From Octopus vulgaris (lineage: Eukaryota): DNA of 64,000 bases. Location: the NCBI GenBank assembly GCA_951406725.2, contig OX597823.1:33480001-33544000 (forward strand), written 5' to 3'. The notes under the pieces are model-generated. The model ran no database searches and had not been told where the DNA came from. It worked only from the letters and a program-made list of their open reading frames with translations. Shown piece after piece: positions 24,158 through 37,829 of this stretch (its first letter is position 1; each line of letters starts with the position of its first letter). The position numbers and the translations under genes are program-made.

Positions 24158-24959
24158 GACCGTTACTTCGATGCCCAGATGGGGCGGTGCGATGTGTTCT
24201 CGAGGAAAACCCTTCGTTTCACATCGCTTTGCCTTCACTTCAACAATTGACATGTGGCACTCCGTGCACCAATAACTAGCAATACCGATTTCAGGGACTA
24301 AGTGAGTTTGTGTGAAGCATAAACATTTGAACACTATAAAGAAATCCTCTGAGCAGCTTGTTCGGCAACAAGTTGCGGCTCCCTCATCAGTCGTTTACGA
24401 CAACAGAGTACACCATGTGCATAACACACATGTATATGTAATAGTATGCATGTATTGGCATGCATGTGTTAGTATGTATGTGTTCTTCAAATGGAGAATT
24501 CCTAGAATATTTCACAAATTTTGTCTGAACCACAAATTGACTTCATTTGGAGAACAGGAACCTTGCTCAGTTCTTGTTTGGCGAACTCCAACATTTCTAA
24601 GTTTTTATACAGATCTGTTGTCATGTAACTCAGTGCATTGTGGCAATAGGGCGTAACGAAAATCTGTAGCATTGGATATTTGAGCCATAAGTTTCTCATC
24701 AGTCCCCTATAGATGTTCTTTTCTCCAGCTTTTGACGAGGTATTCACTTCCACAATACATCTCTGCAACAATACGTGACTTTTGCTCCCCGTGCCTTAAA
24801 ACAAGGTCTGATACATCGTGCTTAATTCGGAGTGGGATTTTTGTTGGTTTCCCCACAGTATTCTCAATTTTCAAAGGTATATTTTAGCCCTGGGGTGCCT
24901 TTGTTATGATCATCAGGTCATTTGTTCATACGTATACCAATATCGGAGGAAGGGGGGGG

Positions 24960-25345
24960 GGGGCTAAACATAGAGGGGACAAAAAAGGACAAAGGGATCA
25001 AGTCGATTGCATCGACCTCAGTGCGTAACCGGTACTTATTTAATCGATCCCGAAAGGATGAAAGGCAAAGTCAGCTTCGGCGGAATTTAAACTAACGGTA
25101 GACGAAATACCTATTTCTTTACTACCCACAAAGGGCTAAACACAGAGGGACAAAGAAGGACAGATAAACGGATTAAGTCGATTACATCGACTCCAGTGCG
25201 TAACTGGTAGTTATTTAATCGACCCCAAAAGAATGAAAGGCAAAGTCGACCTCGGCGGAATTTGAACTCAGAACGTAGCGACAGACGAAATACCGCTAAG
25301 CATTTCGCCCGGCGTGCGAACGATTCTGCCAGCTCACCACCCTCA
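24960..25345 (-). mobile_element. SINE family B with duplicated 3' half
   Basis: Core and tail occur twice (24960-25110 and 25110-25345). Confidence 0.85.
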
Positions 25346-25389
25346 TTTTCAAGTATTTACCGAGGCCCAAGTTTCAAGTATTTATCAGC

Positions 25390-27860
25390 AGACCACATAG
25401 GGATAGGTTAAGTCACCAAGATGTTTCCAAAACTGTGTTTTGGAATAAATGACGATTTTGTGGAGGCACTCACAGGAGCCTTGTAGAGGTGTTTGAAGAA
25501 ACTTACTAAGACCAATCATAATTATGTTACTAACCTTATCGTATAAAGGAACAGGTACACGGTAGTAGTTGGACAATATAGCTTTTATATTCACGACACT
25601 GGAATCAGGAAGAAGAATGGTGGCTTCTCATTTATTTCGGCCTGTTCCATCTACGTGGATGATGGTAACGTTCCTGACTTTTAGCTCGGCATCCATATTG
25701 AAATCGTTTAGCTGGGCCTTATTTAGGATGACGGAAAGGATACACTAACTCAGTTCGACATTTTAACTCACTACTTTTAGAAACTTCCATTTTTGTGTGT
25801 CGATGAATTGGATGGTTATTGCCTTTCGCATTTAATAGGAATGTCGAAACTAGCGTGGTTAATTGCCTTTGCTGTTCCAATTGAATTATGCAATTTGTTG
25901 CTTAGCGGCAATTACTGGGCGTAATTGACTGTAGTGGGTCATGTCTTGATTGGTGATAACATTCGAAAAGTCGTAAGGAGAGGATTGCAATCAAACTGTT
26001 AAATTTGAAAAGTTCGGCCGGGTTCCATGCTTTTCCGGCAGGTTAGTAAAAATTGTTGTGCCTGTTCAATCTTGTTAGATGATATAGTTTCGTTATGATT
26101 GTTTAGTTAAAGACATTTGTGGTCAGCAGCAGGAGTGGAGTCTATATTTGGCTTTTGCTTTTTTGTTTATTTGTGGTGTGGGTGAACTCAGAACAGCGAG
26201 AATACAAACGATAGCATATCTATTCATTCTTAATATGCTCTTGAAAGGTTCGGCGTCAGCAAATAATTTGTTTTCTGATTCCTTATAAGGAAGAACACGC
26301 GTTCTTTTAAGATTCATCTGTCTGACGAGATAGTTTTGACTGAGGAGACACACAATGAGCTCGAAACACCTCGGTGCGTCATAATCCCCACCCACCATAA
26401 CAGTGAGGGGATTATGTGTGTTCATAACACACATCACCTAAAGGGTGAAATTGTTCTCCGCCGACGAAAAAATACAACGATCAGGTATTCACGTTCGAAT
26501 CTGCTAGAATATTTTAAGAAAGAATAGAGAGATTATTATTTTATTTATTTATTTTTATTTAGAACTTTTAAATGTAGTGCATTCTAAGTTTAGTCATGTT
26601 CTGAAGGGGAAAGAATTCTGGCCGAGCTTCAATATTTGGGGTTGGAGACATAGATTCAATATTTAGTACAGTGGTGAGGATAATCTAGTTATTGGAAAAT
26701 ACAAATGAAGTCTACAGCATATAGGATGATATGAAAAAGGGCATCAGACTTTCAGGCGGCCACGACTAATTTACAAACGTCTTGTGCATGGGATCGGTAA
26801 AATTTTAGGAGTGGAGGAAATAACTTTTCTGTTTTTGCTTTTGAAGTAGCAGCAGAATTGTTCATCAACATACATGACATAGTTGCAGTAGTAGTAGTGG
26901 TAGTGGTATTGCTGGCGGTGGTAGTAGTAGTAATGGTGGTGGTAGTGCTGGTGGCTTGCTGTTGTATAAAGCCAATTCAAAAATGCCGAAGTCGGCTGGA
27001 GTAAAATGGAGTCGGATGGCGAAGCCAAAATAGCAACAGTTGCTTGTTGCTGGTTACGAGTGTGTTGTGGTAGCTTCCTGGTCTGTTGGTCCAGGGTCAG
27101 ACGATTCCCTACAGTGGTTCAGTTCTATCAGTTTTTCGCAAGTTAGATCTATTACGAATATGGCTACTGCTTGTTAATGTTCTACAATGCGAGAGTGACA
27201 TTTTTTTTTTACCCAACTAATGAACTTTTACCACAACTATTACATAAGCGACTCCTCTTAGTTAAATGCTACGCAGAATCACGACAATTAGTATTACGCA
27301 GCAAAATGTTTCTTCAGACCACCAAAACAAAAACTACGCTCATTATTATAATTGGTAGATTTGTTTTTCAGATATGGAGGCTTTATTAATAGCTTCCTTT
27401 TCCATATGATTTTCACAAAACAGAATGATTTCGTGATTAATTTTGCGTTCGATTTTCTCCGCAGTTCTAAAGAGAGTGAATCAGGCATTTCAGCAATTTT
27501 AGTGCATATATTATCCGTTTCACAGCTGTTGTAATCGTATCAAACATTTATTAAGGCAGTTATTTGATTTTCTGACTAATAATGTGTCGAAGTGTTATTG
27601 ACCGTGTTTTGTAGACAGAGGACGACTACTTTAGATACGCGTAATTAATTCGTCAGTTGATTTTATTTTATTTTCATTTCCTTTCCTTTGTTGAGTGACG
27701 TTTTTTTTTTTACGGTTACATTGACCGTATGTTAAATTCACGACGTTGACAAGGTTAGGACAATCACCCAGGGTTGTTATTGAGGGCATAACTACAGATT
27801 GGTGCTCCTCATCGACATTTTGTTTCTTCACAACTTTCTGAAAAATGCTCATTTAAAAAA
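25390..27860 (-). pseudogene. Possible highly decayed APE-type LINE (ORF1 and endonuclease remnants)
   Basis: ORF 26123-26437 contains VMVGGDYDAP..LLSQNYLVRQMNLKRTR, resembling APE GDFN..L-Q-V--PTR; QFWKHLG and ELRRKSN fragments nearby; long non-microsatellite tract. Confidence 0.35.
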
Positions 27861-28218
27861 AAAAAATTTTGCAGCGACACATTTTCGATAGTGCAGATGA
27901 TAAAAACGTTGAAGCTAACCTGGGGTAGAAAAAGCATAGCACTGAAGTGGTCGCCAATGGCAACCAAAGTATTTGGATAAACATAACTGATTGATTAACT
28001 GGATGATTTATCAAATAATCAATCCATCGGTTTGTTAATTGACTGAACAGTTAATCATTTGTAAAGAAGAGAATTAGAACCAGCGCATCTGTTTATCATT
28101 GGCATAATGACCCTCTCGAGATACAACAAAATATGTTTATAAAATTTAGAGAAAATATTTTTATTAGTATGTATATATATACATTATATATATATATATA
28201 TACACACACATATATATA

Positions 28219-28736
28219 CCTTAAATCCTCGAATATAAGCCCGCCCTTGAGTATAATACGCAGGGGTTTTAGGGGGCTGTACCTCTGAAAAACCTAAACC
28301 TTGTGTATAATACGCACCCTTCTCTAACTTGAGTCGTGCGTAATTAAGCCAGCAGCACCTAATCGAACAAACATTTCCGCGCATGTGTAATACAATAATG
28401 GTGATGTTCTTAACTGTTATATGGGAATGTAAATATGCTTGCAAATTGTTTTTGCTACATGTTATTCTGCGTTCTGAATACTTTTATTTTAATAAATGTT
28501 GCTTACTGCAAGTTATGGATGATTCTTTTATGACTTCATTGATTTCAGGCTTAGCTTAAGGTATTTTCGCGCCCGACATCAGAAAATGCGTCTGAATAAA
28601 CATTGCCGGACAGCAAATAGAGACTCGGACATTGCTTAGAAAATATATATTTTTTTAACCTTGTATATAGTACGCACTAGGGATTTTGACCTTTAAATTT
28701 TGAGAAAAAATGCGGATTATACTCGAGGATTTACAG
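28219..28736. mobile_element. Tc1/pogo-type MITE with TA target duplication
   Basis: TA|CCTTAAATCCTCGAATATAAGCCCGC ... GCGGATTATACTCGAGGATTTACAG|TA; three internal ccttg(a/t)(g/a)tata(a/g)tacgca subterminal repeats. Confidence 0.85.
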
Positions 28737-28759
28737 TACATATACATATATATATACAT

Positions 28760-28790
<31 letters not shown>

Positions 28791-28793
28791 CGT

Positions 28794-28854
<61 letters not shown>

Positions 28855-29176
28855 TACATACACACACACACACACGCACAAACACCCCCCCCACACACAC
28901 ACAAATATATGTATAGAGTGTTAGGTGCGGTGTACAGAAATTGAATACTGAGAAAAATGTCAGAGTTTTGGGAAAAAAATCATTTTATTTCTTCATTATT
29001 ATCAGCGCTTTCGTTCGTTTCTCGAACTTGTCAAGTAAAATTTTGTGTATGTACAAACAGCTGCTTTTTTTGGGGGGGGGGGGATTTTTATTTAGAAGAG
29101 AACATTTATTTTTTGTGGGTGGGGTGAGGTTCCATGACAATGGAGATAGATAGAAATACAGGCAGGTAGATAGGCT

Positions 29177-29263
<87 letters not shown>

Positions 29264-29451
29264 TCAAACAGATAGAGAGATAGACAGATGGATAGATAGT
29301 CAGACAGATAGATAGGTATATATATGTATATACATATATATACACACATACATACATACAAGGTGAGCCCAAAATCACTCACCAAAACATGACGTTTTAT
29401 TTATATTACGTTATTATTACATTGTTGTTGTTGTTTGTTATTATTATCATT

Positions 29452-32262
29452 ATTCAGTAGTTTTATTTTTATAGCGTGCTTTCACTTCACTACCGAGCAC
29501 AGCTCTGTGTGCCTTGGGTATGTGCTGTGATTTGTTGTGATGCTCTGATGGTTATTGTATGGAAAGTGTTCTGCGTAGGATGTGTGCAGTGCCTAGTAGT
29601 GCAATTTTCTGTATGTTATATGTGTTTGTAAGTCCTGGTGTTTTTGTTATGTATTTGTCTGAATATTTTTTTATCATGCCTAATGCACCTACTATGATAG
29701 GAATTGTTTCTGTTTTCAGATTCCACATTCTAGTTACCTCTATTTCCAGGTCTTTGTATTTTGAGAGTTTCTCCATTTCTTTTAGAGACACGTTGTCATC
29801 AGCCGGTATTGATACATCAATTAGAAAGCATTTTTTTCTTCATGATCTCTGACAACTATATCTGGTCTGTTGGCCTTAATTTCTCTATCTGTGTGTAGCG
29901 GCATATCCCAGAGTATGGTTGCTTTCTCGTTTTCTGTGACCTTTTCTGGTGTGTGCCTATACCATCTTTTTTCTGTTGTTATTCCATAATGTTGGCATAG
30001 CTTCCAATGTATGTAGGTTCCAACTCTGTCATGTCTGTGAATATATTCCTTCTTAGCCAGGACTGGGCAGCTAGAGATAATATGATTTATTGTTTCTTGT
30101 CCATCTCCACATATTCTGCAGTTACTTGTAATATTTCTTTTCATTACATGTTTTTGGTAATTTCTGGTGGGGAGGCTTTGGTCTTGTGCTGCAATTAAAA
30201 ATCCCTCTGTTTCTGCTTTGAGTCCTGAGCTTCTTAACCATTGCTGGGATTTTTCTTTGTCTATTTCTTTTGCGTTTAGTTTAGTGCAGTATTTACCATG
30301 AAGGGGCTTTTCTTGCCATCGTTTTATCATGGTTCGTTGCTGTTCTATTTTTAGTTTGGATTTCATTTGTTTTATAGCTTTTGTTGTTTCTTCATCTTCT
30401 TCTTCTTCTTCTTCATGTTTATTAGGTGGTATGATTTCTTGTTTGTATTTGTCAGCTTCCTTAAATACTGAGAACAGTTTTTTGTTTTGCTCGTGTTTTG
30501 CCGCTATCTGGATCAGTTTTCCTTCCTTCTGAAGTAGATATTTTTGCAGTCCTATGGTGGTTATTTTATAGTAGTTTTCCAGCTGTATAAGGCCTCTACC
30601 ACCTTCTATACGTTGTATATATAGTCTTTCTATGTCAGATTTTGGGTGATGCATCCTAGATCCTGTCATTATTTTTCTTGTTTTCCTATCTATTTTGGTC
30701 AGTTCATTTCGTGTCCAGTTAAGGATATTGTAGCTGTAACTTATAACTGGGACAGCTAAAGTGTTGATACCTATTATCTTGTTTTTAGCATTGAGCTCTG
30801 TGTTTAGTATTGATCTAACTCGTCTATAATATTCTTTTTTTATTTTCTCTTTCATTTGTGTGTGTTGCGTCTTATCTAGTTCATGGATTCCTAAGTATTT
30901 GTAAGTTTGGCTTTGGTCTAATTCTTTTATTTCATTGGTTTTATCTAGTGTGATGTTGTTACTCTTAACTAGTTTTCCTCTTTTCATGGTTACTTTGGCG
31001 CATTTTTCTAATCCAAATTTCATATCTATTTCTTTGGTAAATCCATGAACTGTCTTTAATAGTGTTTCCAGCTGTTTGTCATTTGCAGCGTATAGTTTTA
31101 GGTCATCCATATATAAAAGGTGGCTGATCGTTTTGCCGTAACATTTATATCCGCATCCAGTTCTATTTAGCATATCAGATAGAGGTGACAGTGCCAAGCA
31201 GAAAAGGAGTGGAGAGAGCGTGTCTCCCTGGAATATTCCTCTTCTAATGGGGATGTCTTTGGTTTTCATGAGTCCCTCTTTTGTTTGGAGGTGTAGGACT
31301 GTTTGCCATTTATTCATAGAGTGCTCTATGAATTTTATGATTGTTGGTGCTACTTTGTTAATGGCTAGTGTTTCGAGGATCCATGTGTGGGGGATGCTAT
31401 CAAACGCCTTTTTGTAGTCAATCCAGGCCATACTGAGGCCGTTCTTCTTTCTGTGGCTGTCTTCAGTTATGGCTTTATTAATCATTAGTTGATCTTTACA
31501 GCCATATGAGCCTTTGCGGCATCCTTTCTGCTCTTCTGGGAACAGTTTGTTTTCGTCCAGGTGCTTGTTCAGCCTTTGTGATATCACTGCAGTAAATGCC
31601 TTGAACATAGTAGGGAGGCAGGTTATTGGTCTGTAGTTTTCTGGTTTTTCTGTTTCATTTGATTTGGGAATTAAGATGGTTTTCCCCTTCGTGAGCCATT
31701 CAGGCATTGTCTCTGGCTCTGCTAGTACGTTGTTAAAGTTTTCAGCCAGCTTTTTGTGCATTCCTGTTAGATATTTCAACCAGAAGTTGGGGATCTTGTC
31801 ATGCCCAGGTGCCTTCCAGTTGCTTAGTCTTTGCAGTGCCTGGGTGACCTCTTCAGTTGTTATGGGGGTCCAAAGTTGTTCAGATGCCGAGTTTGTTATT
31901 CTGATACTCCTTTTTTTTTTGGTGGTTCGTTCGCCGACCATATTTCTCCCCAGAATTCTTCCAATTCTTCTGCCGTTGGTGCTGCAGTGACTTCTATTTT
32001 ATTTTTTCCCAGTTCTTGGTAGAACTTTTTGGGGTTGGAGTTGAACTTTTTGTTTTCTTCAAAGAAGCGTTGGCGTTTCTTGTACCGGCGGATCCTTTGT
32101 GCTTTGGCAAGGATATCTTGCTTCAGCTTTTCTTTTATTTCAGGCAAATCTTTCTCTGTGATGTTATATTTGCGGAGTATTTTTGTTCTCTTTTTGTTGC
32201 TCAGTAGCGTTGATTGTTTGCTGATTTCATTAAGAATCGACAGGTCTTTTCTAATCTTTTTT
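29452..32262 (-). mobile_element. R4/Dong-clade RLE non-LTR retrotransposon, 5'-truncated, near-intact RT + CCHC finger + restriction-like endonuclease
   Basis: ORF 29821-31941 (NWKAPGHD, YRPITCL, WIDYKKAFD, GIFQGDTLSP, YMDDLKLY, YKYLG, CRICGDGQETINHIISSC, RHD, RPDIVVRD) plus frameshifted pieces 31896-32147 and 29552-29791 (KLSKYKDL); breaks at homopolymer runs; (AAT)-like repeats at both ends. Confidence 0.93.
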
Positions 32263-32273
32263 TTTTATTATCA

Positions 32274-32339
<66 letters not shown>

Positions 32340-32365
32340 CATCATTATTATTTTCATCATCATCA

Positions 32366-32433
<68 letters not shown>

Positions 32434-32438
32434 GTTAT

Positions 32439-32919
32439 TGAGTGAGAGAGCAGTGCATGCCATCAAAGTGACACTGGGGTAAAATATACCCATCATGACT
32501 ACCCGTCTGATAAGGGTACACTAGGTACATGCATCACAACTATATGTGCGCAACAAGGTGATCTCATATCAAGATAAACAGCACATGACATTGCAGGTGG
32601 GGCCCAGTTTCTTCTGGTCGAGTAGCCCATCCCGCTCAAAAGGTCCTTGTATAAGGGTTGTTTAAGGCTGTTGAACGAAATACCCATATTTCCAGAGGTG
32701 AATTATTCAAACCCCAAAGAATCCCACTCAACACATGGCTATGATGTTTCCCCGCTACTTCTGTTCGTGATCAGTGATGCACATATCATCAGCCACAAGG
32801 GACATGCTCAACTAGTTACGGTCAGACAACCGACAAGCAAATCTGTGGTATTGAGCAAAATATTTGCTGTAGCCCATCTTTTATACCAAAACAAAACAAT
32901 GTACATGATAACACTTTCA

Positions 32920-32920
<1 letters not shown>
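32439..32920 (-). mobile_element. Non-coding (AAT)-tailed element, copy 2
   Basis: Similar to 21386-21932; flanked by (ATT)n on both sides. Confidence 0.8.
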
Positions 32921-32979
<59 letters not shown>

Positions 32980-32980
<1 letters not shown>

Positions 32981-34180
32981 TATGTTTGACTTTTGCTTTA
33001 TATTTGTACAAGTTGGCTCCAAGTCTCATCCAGAGACCTCAAGAGACAACAGGTTGGAAGTTCATGTTGTTGTTATGCCTAGTGTGCCATATATTGGGGG
33101 GGGGGGAGTTTTTGGTGTTGTACTAATGAATGTCTAAAAAAAATAAAATTTTTTTAAAAACCGAAAATTATGTTTGTTTTAAACCTTGAGATTACATAGA
33201 AAATATTTTGCGTAGGATATGAGCAGTTCCCATGAGCACTATCTTTTGAATTTCTGCCATTTTTGGGATTCCTGGTATCTGAGTTAGGTAGCTATCAGCC
33301 CCTTTTGCTATCATTCCCAGGGCACCTTTGACAACAGGTATTGTTTTAGTCTTCAGGTTCCACATTTTGCTGATTTCTATTTCAAGATCTTTATATTTGC
33401 TCAGTTTTTAGTAGGTCTTGACAGATACGTTTATATCGATTGGGACAGTCATATCAATGAGGAGGCATGTTCTTTGTTTGAAGTTTTTCAATATGATGTC
33501 TGGCCTATTTGCATCTATCTTTCTGTCAGTTTGAATGGTGAAGTTCCAGAGGAGTGAGATGTGGTCATTTTCAAGCACTGGGGGTGGTTTGTGTTCCCAC
33601 CAGTTTTTTTCATGGGGCAAATCCAGGTTTTTGCAGATTACCCAGTGAATATATTGTGCAGCTCTATCGTGTCTGTTGAGATACTCTGTAGGCGCTAGAA
33701 GACTGCACTTGGAGACCACATGGTCAATGGTTTCATTTTGTTGCTGGCATACACGACACGTTGGACTGCTTCTGATCTTTAATATGTTGGCCTGGTAGTT
33801 TCTTGTTGGTAGGCATTGATCTTGAGCTGCTATGATAAACCCCTCTGTTTCAGATTTTAAGCCAGAGGCCATTAGCCATTGATGGGTCAGGGCTTTGTCA
33901 ACATCTGCATTATTTGCTGTCTTTGGGTATTTGCCATAGAGAGGTTTTTCTTGCCATTTATCATTCAGAATATCTAAGGCCGCAGATTTAGCACGGGTTT
34001 TCATGCGCTTAGCTTTTTCTGTGCCTGTTTATTGTATGTCTATATCTAATTCCGAAAGTTGTTGTATTCGGAATTCACTTAGATATTCCTTTGCCTGTTT
34101 TGTTACTGAGTATGATGCTTTCTTGTTTTCATGTTTTGAGACAAGTTTTAACATCCAGTCCTCAGAGTTTTTCAGGTAGG
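32980..34180 (-). mobile_element. Second R4/Dong-like RLE-LINE subfamily, 5'-truncated
   Basis: ORF 33408-34004: GLKSETEGFIIAAQDQ, CRVCQQQNETIDHVVSKC, RHD, RPDIIL, LIDMTVP; (AAT)n at both ends. Confidence 0.9.
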
Positions 34181-34187
34181 TTATTAA

Positions 34188-34254
<67 letters not shown>

Positions 34255-34604
34255 TTTTGTTCATCATGTTGAAGTACCAATGTGTTTCTCATGATTGCAT
34301 TTATTTTATTGAATTTTAGAAAAACTGAATCATGTCTTTGATGATTCAAGAGCGCATTGAGCTTATTTTGTGCGTTAAATTTGGTCCATCTTGTATGTAT
34401 GTATTATGTATGTATGTATGTATGTATGTATGTATATATGTATGTATGAATGTATGTATACACAGACACATAGACAGACCGAAAGACACACACACACACG
34501 CGCGCGTATATGACCAGAAGAAAGTTTATTGTTTAACAACTACTCCAATACCGTAAGATTCCTCCCTGCCTCCAGCAAATTAAAAATCAAAATATAGTTA
34601 ATAA

Positions 34605-35011
34605 TAATGGTTTCAAGTTTTGGCACTGGGCCAGCAATCTTTGAGGGGAGGGGCCTGTTGCCTGCATCAACCTAAGTTCTTATCTTATCGAACCTTGAAA
34701 AGATGAAAGACGTAGTCAACCTCGCAGGAATTTGAGCTCAGAACGTGAAACCGGAAGCATTTTATTTTGAGAGTTAACAATTCTGCCAGCTTAACAAATC
34801 TTTAATAATATTAAAAATTCTTTCTAAATTTGGTACAAGGCCCGCAAATTTAGTGAGAGGGTGAAGTCGATTACATCGACTGATACTTATTTTATCGACC
34901 TGGAAAAGCCACGTCGACCTCAGCGAAATTTGAACACAGAATGTAAAGTGTCGGAAGATGCAATCCTACCAGCTCGCCTCCTTTACTGCCCCACGTAATA
35001 ATAATAATAAC

Positions 35012-35057
<46 letters not shown>

Positions 35058-35069
35058 ATAATAATAATG

Positions 35070-35123
<54 letters not shown>

Positions 35124-35360
35124 GAAGAAGAAACAGCAGAAAGTTTGTCTCTTAGAGACGGCAAGGATTATCAGAAGAGTTCTAAGCATTTGAAAGTTTG
35201 TGGAAATCCAAGGTAATAATAATAATAATCCTTTCTACTATAGGAACAAGGCCTGAAAGTTTGAGGGAGGGGGCTAATCGATTGATCACATCGACCCCAG
35301 TGCGTAACTGGTACTTATTTTTATCGACCCCGAAAGATTGAGAGGCAAAGTCGACCTCAG
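34605..35360 (-). mobile_element. Three SINE family B fragments interleaved with (AAT)n/(AGT)n
   Basis: Repeated cttatttt..atcgacc..gaaag..gtcgacctc..gaa(a)tttgaac cores. Confidence 0.7.
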
Positions 35361-35752
35361 TGACGCATATACGCGGAAGTAAAATGTATGTATAAATATC
35401 TGTTTGTGAGTGTGTATATTCGAATGAATCTATAATGTTTGCCTGAATTTAACAGCGGAGGGGAAAAAATAGAATTGTGACGTGCTTCCATAGATTGCTG
35501 ACACACAAGATAGCACGTGATTCATTCAAGGACCGATTTATGACGTTAAAACGGAAAAGTATTAATTTTTTAAGCATAAATGACGTGATATTGTGTTTAT
35601 TCACCTTGTTTTGGATATTTTCTAATAGCTTTCGAGTTATCTGAAATAAATCCGTGGAGGAGAGTTAAAATAATGGGCGGCTCATAAAACTTGTCTCAAA
35701 CCGAAAGTTACCACGTTATGCGCGCGCAATCATGTAAATCTACATATATGCA

Positions 35753-35847
<95 letters not shown>

Positions 35848-36042
35848 ACGTTGTAAGGTTAAATATGTAATAGTGTATGTATATTTATATGTGTAAATAA
35901 GGATAAGATCGTTATTTAAAATTCCGATCATGTCAAATGGCCAGCATGGGATTTAAGGGTATCTAAAAGATACCACCATGCAAGAAATAGCAGTCAAAAC
36001 TTAACTCTAAAGCCACATCAAATATTCATACATATATTTCTA

Positions 36043-36343
36043 TACAGTTCTATATATAAGAAATGAGGAATTATGTACATTATTTACATTTGACGGATAT
36101 TTGTCTTCATCTTGTTTGTCGTTAAGAGCGCGGGCTACTAACCCCAAGATTCCGAGTTCGATTCCAGGTAGTGACCTGAATAACAACAACAACAACAGTA
36201 ATAATATTGAAAAGTAGCTTAGGAATGAGATCCCAGGTTCGAAATTTCACCAAGACACCTGATGAAGGTATATCAGCCAAAACGTTGTGTTAGCAACAAA
36301 CAAGATGAAGACAAATATCCGTCAAATGTAAATAATGTAAATA
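36043..36343 (+). mobile_element. tRNA-head/hammerhead element, copy 2 (ribozyme decayed)
   Basis: Inverted tail 36043-36125 joined via gttaa to head gttaagagcgcgggctactaaccccaagattccgaGTTCGATTCC; CTGATGA at 36259-36265 with an 8-nt deletion in stem II and GAAA mutated to AAAA. Confidence 0.8.
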
Positions 36344-36717
36344 TATTTGTATGTGTGATTTAATTTACTCCCCAAGGTCGCGATAAAATGACTATGGACT
36401 TTCATTATATAATGAATATTTCATAAGTGTTCGTACATAACCATTGCTCATATTCAGGTTTTATTTCACCTATACGTTGCTTAAACAGCTCTAACCAGGG
36501 AATAAATGCAATACGTCTGCCTCGATATTTTGTTTGCTATTTTATATTCCGCAACTAAATGAGACTTCCTGAATTTTCAGTTTGTGTGAAACGCACACTT
36601 CGACTGAAACATTGCCCCTTGATACACATTCTGTCGGCCAGTATTCGCAGGAGTGCTGACTGGGGCAGTTGTCCTGATTCCTTTCCCCCTCCCCTCTCTC
36701 ACCATTTATGTGTAAGC

Positions 36718-36860
<143 letters not shown>

Positions 36861-37258
36861 GGCGCAGAAGTGGCCTATATGGTTCCGGATTCAGTCCCAC
36901 TGCGTGGCACCTTGGGCAAGTGTCTTCTACTATAGCCTCGGGCCGACCGAAACTTTGTGAGTGGATTTGGTAGATGGAAACTGAAAGAAGCCCGATATAT
37001 ATGTACATATAGATAGATAGATATATGTGTGGGTGTATGTATTTATGTATGTATATGTTTGGGCGTCTGTGTTTATCCCTTCCCCAACATCGCTTGACGA
37101 CCGATGCTGGTGTGTTTACGCCCCTGTAACTTAGCGGTTCGGAAAAAGAAACCGATAGAATAAGAACTAGGCTTACAAAGAATAAATCATGAGGGCGATT
37201 TGCTCGACTAAAGGCGGTGCTCCAGCATGGCCGCGGTCAAATGACTGAAACAAATAAT
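36861..37258 (+). mobile_element. SINE family A
   Basis: Head with internal deletion, core and tail. Confidence 0.88.
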
Positions 37259-37278
37259 CGAAAAAATATACATATGTA

Positions 37279-37319
<41 letters not shown>

Positions 37320-37829
37320 ATATGTATGTATATATACATATATATTTATACATACATACATACATACATACATACATACATACATACATACATACATACA
37401 TGCATGCATACATACATACATACATACATACACACACTTGTATACGCATGCACCCGCGCACGTATATCATGGCTTGTAAAACTGTATAGAGATAGACATA
37501 TCAGTCAAATTAATCTCAAACACGGTCCGATTTTCAGTTTCTTTAATTTTTGTATTTTTACGATTTGACATAGTTTCATATTTCAATATTACGAGTACTT
37601 TCACATTTCATAACAATCTCCAGGTAAATGTTTATATTGTGCCAGGATCAACTCACTGCTAACGTGTTTCACAACTATATATATATATATACATACACAC
37701 AAATATATATAAACGTATACATACATTCATGTTTATGTGTATGCGTTAAACGTGTACTGTTTCATTACTACATACTACTTTCCACGACAGATCATGTCTA
37801 CAGATTTTAGCCAACCCTCTGTATAATAA

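Noticed and set aside
24430-24940. Possible Tc1 transposase relic (LEFAKQEL..ICGSDK)
   Set aside because: Similarity is too degraded to support a feature call without a search.
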